A stretch of DNA of 30,679 bases from Octopus sinensis. Its lineage: Eukaryota. Of the stretch, positions 22,546 to 30,679 are shown one piece after another. The notes under the pieces are model-generated. The model was given only the letters and a program-made list of their open reading frames with translations, searched no databases and had not been told where the DNA came from. The stretch spans positions 1 through 30,679 of the forward strand of contig NW_021827547.1 in assembly GCF_006345805.1 (NCBI RefSeq), read 5' to 3'. Position numbers and translations under genes: made by a program. Every line of letters begins with the position of its first letter. Position 1 is the first letter of the stretch.

Positions 22546-23391
22546 TATAGATACATATATATATTTATGTTTTCGTAAGTTATGATTTCTTATACCACAA
22601 TGTAAGTGAGAGGATTATAGAATAAATAAATTAATTAAATGCAAATGTAGAATCCAATGCATTCAGAATTATATTTAAATGTATAACGTTCCTGTTGCTG
22701 TCAGATGGAAATGGCGAGATTATAACTGCGATGTATATGATTCTAATACCCATATCCGAATGTTCAAAAATGTAAAAGAAATAGCTGACAGCAAATGAAC
22801 AGTGACGTCATTTTGAGTGTGGTCTTGGACTCTTTACGTAATCCGACTAGTGATTACATTGTAATATTGCGTATTTCTGTATATAACTGTTCAAGAAACA
22901 CCTTAAAGTTTTTGTTTCCATTTGTAAGTTAGTATTATCACGCGAAAATTTAGCGTATTTGATGAGATTTGTCTCTGTGTGTGAGGTATGAAAATAATCA
23001 AACAGGAGAGCATTGTCGTAGGACATTTTTCACCATGTCTATGGTGCGTGCCATCGAAATATGTTGTTGACGAGAGAAAATTATTAAAGAATATTTAATG
23101 AATGCGTCAAATATTCATAAATGGCTTTGGGGAATATTCTTGTCCTCTAGACATATCTATCTGTCTTAAATTGCATTGTTTATTCACTGCTTTCACAGCA
23201 TCGATGTAAAAGGAAAGTCATGCTATCTTTGTATTATGTTTCGGAATGTATATGTATGATGACTGAAACGCATCTTAAAGTGATTACATATAATTTGGTA
23301 TTCAAAATAATTCTAATTTACTACTTGGCATTCCTGCCGTTGCATAATCAATGTAAAACTGTAAATAAACACCTTAATGTTTGTTAATGTA

Positions 23392-23860
23392 TCAGGTCAT
23401 ACCATAAGTTCTCTCCGATTTTACCTTTTTTAAAATTGAATGAAATTTAACAGTATTTTAGAATGTATGATGGAATTAAAATTTATGCAATTTTTTACAG
23501 AATAATAAAATTAAAATTTCTTTGCTTAAAACTCTCTCTAACATGGAAGTATCCAAAGAGCATCTGAAGCACATAATACTTTATGAGTACAAAAAACTAA
23601 ACTCTGCAGCCGAAGCGACTCGAAGCATACACTCAGTTTATGGGAAAGAATGCTTGAATGTAAGAACTTGCAGATGCTGGTTTGCAAAATTCAAAAGTGG
23701 AGATTTCAGCCTTGAAGATGAAGTTCGAACAGGACGTCCAGTTGAGTTTGATGATAAGCTCCTTGAGGTATTACTTGAAGAAAATCCTGCATTATTAGTT
23801 GAAGAATTGGCAATAAGGCTTAGTTCAAACCATACAACTGTTCATCGTCATCAGAATTAG
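23392..23860 (+). mobile_element. 3'-truncated mariner transposon: putative left TIR plus DNA-binding-domain ORF
   Basis: TA followed by tcaggtcataccataagttctctccgatttt (TIR-like, about 23392-23422); no right TIR and no WVPHEL or DD34D region seen. Confidence 0.8.
23543..23860 (+). pseudogene. Mariner transposase N-terminal paired HTH domain (105 aa, catalytic domain lost)
   Basis: MEVSKEHLKHIILYEYKK...AAEATRSI..VYG.....RTCRCWFAKFKSGDFSLEDEVRTGRPVEFD...ENP....ELA..L...HTTVHRH aligns by eye with Mos1/Hsmar1-type N-termini. Confidence 0.92.
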
Positions 23861-24649
23861 AACTATTTAAATACCAACTGCGGCATTTAACGGATGAATG
23901 AGCCAAATGGTGTTCGTTTTTTTTTTATTTCGAATCGACTACAATATACTTATTATTTTTAATACTATTTATTCTTTCATATAGATCACTGATGAAAAAA
24001 GAAATTCGATGTAATTCATGGATGGATCAAAGAACATTACTGAAAAATATAAAAGGAAAATTACGAACTATACACGTAATAATATTCTTTGGGCAATTTC
24101 ACTGGATTAACACAGTTTATCCGATGTATAAAATGCTAGCTCGTATAACTAATCTTTAGGCAAAATGCCTCACGTATTTACCAACGATTAAAATGATAGA
24201 TCTCAGGAACAATCCCGCATAAGCCGACAGGGTGTTATGGGGTTCCTTTAGAAGAGCACATCTTGTCAACTAGCTTGTGGGCCAATTTGCCTTTTACTTG
24301 CCATCATAGCTTTAGCTTATAGACATTCGAAAGCAACATAGGAATCAACTTCATTGTTTTGTGTAAGAGGAAACTTTGAACTTTAAGAATTTAATTGCAT
24401 CTTTACGTCTTCATGTTGAAGGCAATACCTTTGCGAAGAACTGCCGTAAATAATCCGAAAACGTACATTTTCCGGAATAGCGACATCTTTAATAATAATG
24501 GGAAATAGTTAATGGCTAATGGTTATTGGTTAAATGGATAGTGCAACACACTCTGTACAATGGGATAATATTTTATATTAATAGGCAAATTAATGTCTGA
24601 ATTGAACTGTACACGAATACATACGTACACAATGAACATAAAGGCAGAC

Positions 24650-24842
24650 ACACATACACACACGCATACACACACACATACACACTCATATATGTTTACG
24701 TAACGTACACGCACATATTTATATTAACTGCGTGGGTATTTCTCACGTAAATATACTTGTATATAATGTATAGCACAAAAATACGGAATCGATATAAATA
24801 ACCGTTGTACACACAAACACACACACACAAATACATACATAT

Positions 24843-24873
<31 letters not shown>

Positions 24874-24993
24874 CATGTATATATATGTGTGTATATATGT
24901 ATGTATGCATATACATATATGTGTATGTACGTATCTATGTATATATTCATATATATATATATATCTGTATATATATATATATACATACATACA

Positions 24994-25025
<32 letters not shown>

Positions 25026-25110
25026 CAAACCTATACACACATATATATACGTGTATACAGAGAAAGAGAGAGATTTAAATAGTATACTTATGCATATACA
25101 TAATACATAC

Positions 25111-25146
<36 letters not shown>

Positions 25147-25199
25147 ATATAATGTAATATAGTATAATATATTAATATGTATATATATATATACATATA

Positions 25200-25235
<36 letters not shown>

Positions 25236-25400
25236 ATACATACATACATACATCATACATATACACATTTATGTGTATATGTGTGTGTGTCTATGCATAT
25301 ATATATGCATATACATATATGCATACACAGATACACACACATATATATGTATTTATGTGTATGTATGTGTGTGCATGTGTATGTGAGTGTGTGTGTCTGT
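24650..25400. repeat. Compound (CA)n/(TA)n/(TACA)n microsatellite cluster
   Basis: Read directly from the sequence. Confidence 0.9.
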
Positions 25401-25944
25401 GCGTGCGTGTAAAACGTTTAGACTTCAATACCAACCAATTATATTTTCAATTATTCCGTTTTACTTGTTTACTTGTTTTATAATGGAAGCTTTATGAGAA
25501 AGAAAAAGTAGAAGTGCGTCCGATTATGTGTTTGAGTGTTTACGTGTACATAGCTATGCATACACATATGTGTGTATGTAACTAAGTACTTGTATATTTG
25601 TATCCCTCTGTAGTATGTGCGACATATTTAATGGTAGGTTGTTAACGCACATCTTTATATCTTGCTAGGTTTTATACGTTGAATATTCAGTTGCTTCAAG
25701 TTACTAATATACATTCATTTATTAAACAAACTCTTTTGATCTCATCACGATTCCGACAAATTTCAGCTCTAAATTTATATTATATTATATTATACTGTAC
25801 CATATCATATTTTATTTTATTTTCATCACATTATGACATTCTTTCAATAATTTGTATATCTATCTCACCTCTCTTTATTGTGCTTCGCCAACTTATTCCA
25901 TTTACTATTGTTTTCGCCACCAGTACCAACACCAGCAACAAAAC

Positions 25945-25960
25945 CATCATCATCATCATC

Positions 25961-25995
<35 letters not shown>

Positions 25996-26173
25996 AATAA
26001 CAATAATAATAATAATAATAATAATAATCGACATCATCATCAACATCATCATAATCGACATCGTCTTCGTCGTCGCCGTCGTAATCACCATCATCATGCT
26101 CATCCTCCTCATCCTCCTCCTCCTCATCCTCCTCCTCCTCATCATCATCATCATCACCATCATCATCATCATC

Positions 26174-26215
<42 letters not shown>

Positions 26216-26222
26216 TTCATCG

Positions 26223-26265
<43 letters not shown>

Positions 26266-26290
26266 ATCATCATCATCTTCATCATCATCG
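25945..26290. repeat. Compound trinucleotide array (CAT/AAT/CGT/CCT/CTT)
   Basis: Read directly; source of the poly-His, poly-Ile and poly-Met ORFs. Confidence 0.95.
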
Positions 26291-26415
26291 TTAGCTCATC
26301 GGACAAAAGTCTTATGTCATTTGTCTTTATTTTCTGAGTTCAGTTTCTGCCGAAGTCGACTTTGCCTGTCATCCTTTCGGGGTCGGTAGAAATAAGAACC
26401 AGTCATGTATTAGAG
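26290..26415 (+). mobile_element. Degenerate SINE family B fragment
   Basis: ttctgagttcagtttctgccgaagtcgactttgcctgtcatcctttcggggtcggtagaaataagaaccagt. Confidence 0.8.
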
Positions 26416-26989
26416 CGGCGTGGTGGCAGAATCGTTGATCCCGGTGGCGGTGGAGGTGGAGGTGTTCTTCTTGTTGATGGTGGTGATGATCATTATGATT
26501 ATGACGATTATGATGATGACGACGATGCAAAAAGTGAGAGGGACAGAGAATAGGATTGGAGAGCATGTTGTGGAGATGGCAGCTGTGTTAGTAATTCTTT
26601 AAATCACTGTCTCGATTTAGCTAAAGTTCTGGGTACGGTCATTGCGATTTTTTAAATTGTTAACCCGGCTGAAGAGGTTATTTTACTACTGCAACTACTA
26701 CTACTGATGCTGCTGCTGTGGTTGTTGGAGCCGTCGTAGTTCCGACAGAAGATGGCCTTGTAGTGACGCTCAATGCTGTTCCGTTTAACGGTGTTGCTTT
26801 CTACTGATGTTGTTTTACTACTTACCGTTATTGTTATTCTTGTTCTTCATATTCTCTGGTATTTGGTGTTGATTTTATTTTCATCTCCACCACACTTAAC
26901 CGAATAAAACTTATCAAAGACATTCCGGATGTGACTGAGTTGTAGACTATATCTTAACTTGCTGCGCATCTTGCCGTGAATATATTGCA

Positions 26990-27017
26990 GCTGCTGCTGT
27001 TGCTGCTGCTAATTATC

Positions 27018-27048
<31 letters not shown>

Positions 27049-27230
27049 CAGGTACTGTGGTCGATGTAATCGATATAACCCTCCCCCAAAATCCTCCTCC
27101 TCATCATCATCATACTCATTACCATCCTCATCATCCTCATCCTCATCATCGTCATCATCATCATCATCATCATCATCCCACCATCCTGATGAAGATCATG
27201 ATGATGATCACGATGATGACCTTGGTGCAA
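26990..27230. repeat. (GCT)/(GAT)n and (CAT)n arrays around a short SINE B 3' fragment (27052-27090)
   Basis: Read directly; actgtggtcgatgtaatcga matches the SINE B body. Confidence 0.85.
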
Positions 27231-27494
27231 TAGTTACTGTTGATATTTATAACTAACACACCTGGAAATAAGGTGCGTCACCCACAATACTTTAGAAAAA
27301 TATGCAGTTGCTAGTTCGTTAATGCATCTTTATAACCAAAATCTACATCCACATCACTTCTATAGATTATGCGTCTGCCATTGAAACTCATTGTCTAGAC
27401 AGGAATTAGATGAATTCCACCTCATGTTTACATAGCAGACAGGTGATATAATTAGGCAAACAGCATCCTATCACTAGAATTTCATATCCTTGCA

Positions 27495-27596
27495 TATATT
27501 ATGTATGTATATGTATACATATATAAATATACGTATAATGTATATATCTGGTTTATATATAAATATAAATATATATATATATACAAATATTTATAT

Positions 27597-27628
<32 letters not shown>

Positions 27629-27830
27629 GTTTATATACATACGTGTATGTATATATATATATGTATAAGTGTACATATATATGTATATATATATACATGT
27701 GCATATATAATATATATACAAATACATATATATATATACATATCCACATATATATATGTATATATATAAATATCCATATATGTGTATATATATATGTATA
27801 TATATATGTATATATATATATATATATATA
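27495..27830. repeat. (TA)n-rich degenerate microsatellite
   Basis: Read directly from the sequence. Confidence 0.9.
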
Positions 27831-27984
27831 ATTTCAACAATTAAAGCGTGGGTTAAAATTGGTAAACACTATGTTTTATCGGTAAAAACCGAAGCATTAA
27901 ATAGAGAGAAATGAATTATAATTTCAACAATTGAGGGTAAAATTAATTAATTATTAATCAATTTCACCAAGTATTCAGTATGTA

Positions 27985-28196
27985 TTTGTGTGTCTGTGTT
28001 TGCCCCCCTAGCATTGCTTGACAACCGATGCCGGTGTGTTTACGTCCCCGTCACTTAGCGATTCGGCAAAAGAGACCGATAGAATAAGTACTGGGCTTAC
28101 AAAGAATAAGTCCCGGGGTTGATTTGCTCGGCTAAAGGCGGTGCTCCAGCATGGCCGCAGTCAAATGACTGAAACAAATAAAAGAGTAAAAGAATA
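27985..28196 (+). mobile_element. SINE family A 3' half, little diverged
   Basis: gcttgacaaccgatgccggtgtgtttacgtccccgtcacttagcgattcggcaaaagagaccgatagaataagtact...gaaacaaataaaagagtaaaag. Confidence 0.9.
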
Positions 28197-28371
28197 TAAT
28201 GTATATATATTACATATATATATATAATATATATATACATATATATATATTACATATATATATGTATATATATATACATATAATATGATAATATATACAT
28301 ATATATATGTATATATATATTACATAATATACAATATTATATAACATATATATATTCTATATATTATATAT

Positions 28372-28402
<31 letters not shown>

Positions 28403-28461
28403 GGAGATGTACTCGCATAGCAAGTAATTTGATCTGAGCTCGTGTGCTGAAACGGAAACAA

Positions 28462-28666
28462 TTGCAGCGTGGAAGGTGTTATAAGCCATTAAGAACACAC
28501 AAAAGCCGTTCGATTCACTTCAACATTTAAGTTTAATTTGTCAAAATATTTTCGTCGCGGATTTTAGCGACGAAAATATTTTGACTAATTAAACTTAAAT
28601 GTTGAAGTGAATCGAACGGCGTTTGTGTGTTTCTTAAATGGCTTATAAACTCCTACCACGCTGCAA
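28462..28666. repeat. ~200-bp fold-back palindrome (97/100-bp arms, 8-nt loop)
   Basis: 28462-28558 versus reverse complement of 28567-28666: 4 substitutions and 3 single-base indels. Confidence 0.95.
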
Positions 28667-28671
28667 GTGTT

Positions 28672-28684
28672 TATATATATATTG

Positions 28685-28720
<36 letters not shown>

Positions 28721-28832
28721 TATAATATATATATATATATATAATATATATATATATATATACATATATATATGTATATATATATACATATATATTATAC
28801 ATATATATATGTATATATATATATATATATTA

Positions 28833-28865
<33 letters not shown>

Positions 28866-28883
28866 ATATATAGATATATATAG

Positions 28884-28915
<32 letters not shown>
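28672..28915. repeat. (TA)n microsatellite
   Basis: Read directly from the sequence. Confidence 0.95.
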
Positions 28916-29264
28916 CGTATCCTACGTAATAAGAAATTCTGAATTGCTGTCCTGCTTTTCTTCCAAATGACAAACTTTTGGAACCTGAAAGTAATAAAGA
29001 AACTAAAGAAGAAGAAACAAAGAAAAAAAGAAATAGACTACATACATATACACGTACAAATGCATACATACATCTTTAGAAAATTATATACACCGGCGTA
29101 TCAACATGTTCCATCGACAGGTAGCTATATATAGAGACAATCTTTAGACATTTTCAAAACTTTTGCCTTTAAATCTCTCGTTATTAACCAATCTTCTTTC
29201 CATTTTCACGAACTGAAGTCTAAAGTTTCTGGTTCCTACATCTGGTAAATATCACATAACTCAT

Positions 29265-29408
29265 AAGCCGATTCCTTAATTTGATTGGCTCTTCCACCCT
29301 TTCGTCGTCAACTAATCTGCTTCTATTTTCAGGATTCCTTCACTAAATGTCCATTCCTGCAAATTGGGATATTTCAGTTCTGTCGGACAATATTTCTCTG
29401 GTCCTTCG

Positions 29409-29410
<2 letters not shown>
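29265..29410 (-). pseudogene. Possible hAT transposase C-terminal dimerisation-domain remnant
   Basis: Minus strand: PEKYCPTELKYPNLQEWTFSEGIL / frameshift / ENRSRLVDDERVEEPIKLRNRL, resembling the hAT pattern YPNL...ER.FS.....R.RL..E.VE.L..L; needs a ~15-aa deletion. Confidence 0.4.
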
Positions 29411-29448
<38 letters not shown>

Positions 29449-29942
29449 ATATATATAATATACTGTGTGTCTGATGAGTGTGTGTGTGTATGTATATACA
29501 CACACACTCACACACACTCAGATATATATATATTATATATATATATATATTATATATACATAAGTGTATGCAAAAGTACAAGGACACACACGTGTAGTAC
29601 ATTCATACATATATAGTAATAATAATAATAATAATTGGAAGTTAGTAGTTTGAAGACCACCACACAGACTTAACGTATAAAGTTGAGCAGGCAAATTATC
29701 CAAGTTTCTACGCGCGCGCTCTAACACACACACACACACACAAACACTCACACTCACACACAGACACACACACGCACGCAACCACGCACACACACATATA
29801 TGACATTATTTTACTATGAATGACCGTGGTATGGTTTATTTCTCTGAAAATATCCGACGTTTATTTACGAACTTTCTATTTCGGTCTAATTAATCTTTTC
29901 TCTGACACAACTGGTCATTTTATGTCACCATTCGCATTTCAG

Positions 29943-29965
29943 TTTTCGACAAGTTTTCTCGACAA
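29943..29965 (+). other. Candidate 23-nt microexon
   Basis: catttcag|ttttcgacaagttttctcgacaa|gtaagt; ctgac branch-like motif at about 29902; no AG in 29764-29940. Confidence 0.3.
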
Positions 29966-30304
29966 GTAAGTTTTGTCTCGATAAGTTTTCTCTTCAATAT
30001 CAAATATAATATTGAACACAATGCCATCATATTCATACCACTTCGACATCATATTCAAATCAAACTCTGTGTTTTGTATACTCATAGAGAAGATGTATCT
30101 GTGTAATTTCACGTCAAGTCGCATTCAACTGGATTATAATATGAAGGTCTAGAGTTGAGCGACTGGTCGTCAACCACTGATCTGCTGGTTTAGGTATGCA
30201 ATGCCTCTCCCTTGACGAGAAACTAATTTGCACAATCTCCTATCACATGATACAATGTGACTCCTTAAATGTATTATACTCAGCCCATTTTCAATTTTGT
30301 TTTA

Positions 30305-30679
30305 TCTTTTATATTTTACTTGTTTCAGTTAATAGACTGCGACAATGCTGGAGCACCTCTTTGAACTTTTAATTGAGTGAATCGGCAACAGTGTTTCTTT
30401 TTTTTTCAGAAGTGGTACTTATACTATCGGTTTCTGTTTCAGAACCGCTAGATTATGGGGACACAAATACACCAATACCGGTTGTCAAGCGATGGGTGGG
30501 ATACAAACAGACACAAAGATACACACACAAACACAAACACACACACACACACACAAGAATTCACACATACTCAAACATATATGTACACGACGGACTTCTT
30601 TCATTTTCCGTCTACCAAATCCACTCACAAGGCTTTGGTCGGCCCGTGACTATAGTTGCTGAAGATGCCATGCAATGGG
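30305..30679 (-). mobile_element. SINE family A with internal (CA)n; cut by the window end
   Basis: Reverse complement of the family A tail and body (ccgtctaccaaatccactcacaaggctttggtcggccc). Confidence 0.88.

Noticed and set aside
23161-23260. Strong-looking + strand acceptors at 23198, and also 10295, 16336 and 29332
   Set aside because: No good donor or recognisable coding frame follows; similar orphan acceptors occur on the minus strand (for example near 24041), so they are uninformative alone.
25679-26389. Long ORFs (236 aa poly-Ile, 161 aa poly-His/Asn/Pro, 144 aa poly-Met)
   Set aside because: All are readings of one trinucleotide microsatellite that lacks stops in several frames; no unique domain and no splice framework.
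27256-27275. Minus-strand CAG|GTGTGT junction
   Set aside because: Short pyrimidine tract and weak donor; recorded as the best antisense counter-example to the ratchet hypothesis.
29939-30124. 61-aa minus-strand ORF (…WYEYDGIVFNIIFDIEEK…)
   Set aside because: No recognisable homology or splice boundaries; its end is a short tandem repeat.
1-30679. CRISPR array, operon or other prokaryotic system
   Set aside because: No constant-repeat/unique-spacer array and no gene-dense coding; the window is eukaryotic non-coding DNA.

Overview
AT-rich, microsatellite-saturated eukaryotic DNA. The SINE families and repeat make-up suggest an octopus (coleoid cephalopod) genome; this is inferred from recall, not a database search. 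I find no convincing host protein-coding exon, and nearly all listed ORFs are translations of simple repeats. The window holds many tRNA-derived SINEs (three full-length copies with visible target-site duplications) and remnants of four TE classes: a mariner DNA-binding-domain ORF with its left TIR, a Penelope-like GIY-YIG C-terminus plus a pLTR-like fragment with a minimal hammerhead, the 3' end of a HERO-like RLE non-LTR element, and a possible hAT dimerisation-domain remnant. The top observation is two + strand polypyrimidine-CAG|GT(A)(A/T)GT junctions 13.1 kb apart (5686/5687 and 18798/18799). The first is followed exactly 50 nt later by a second donor (TAG|GTGAGT). This is the architecture of recursive-splicing ratchet points with a cryptic RS-exon, and suggests the window is part of a long + strand intron removed stepwise, which I do not know to be described in cephalopods. 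Also notable: a candidate 23-nt microexon, two long fold-back structures, and a triplicated SINE-plus-flank array.
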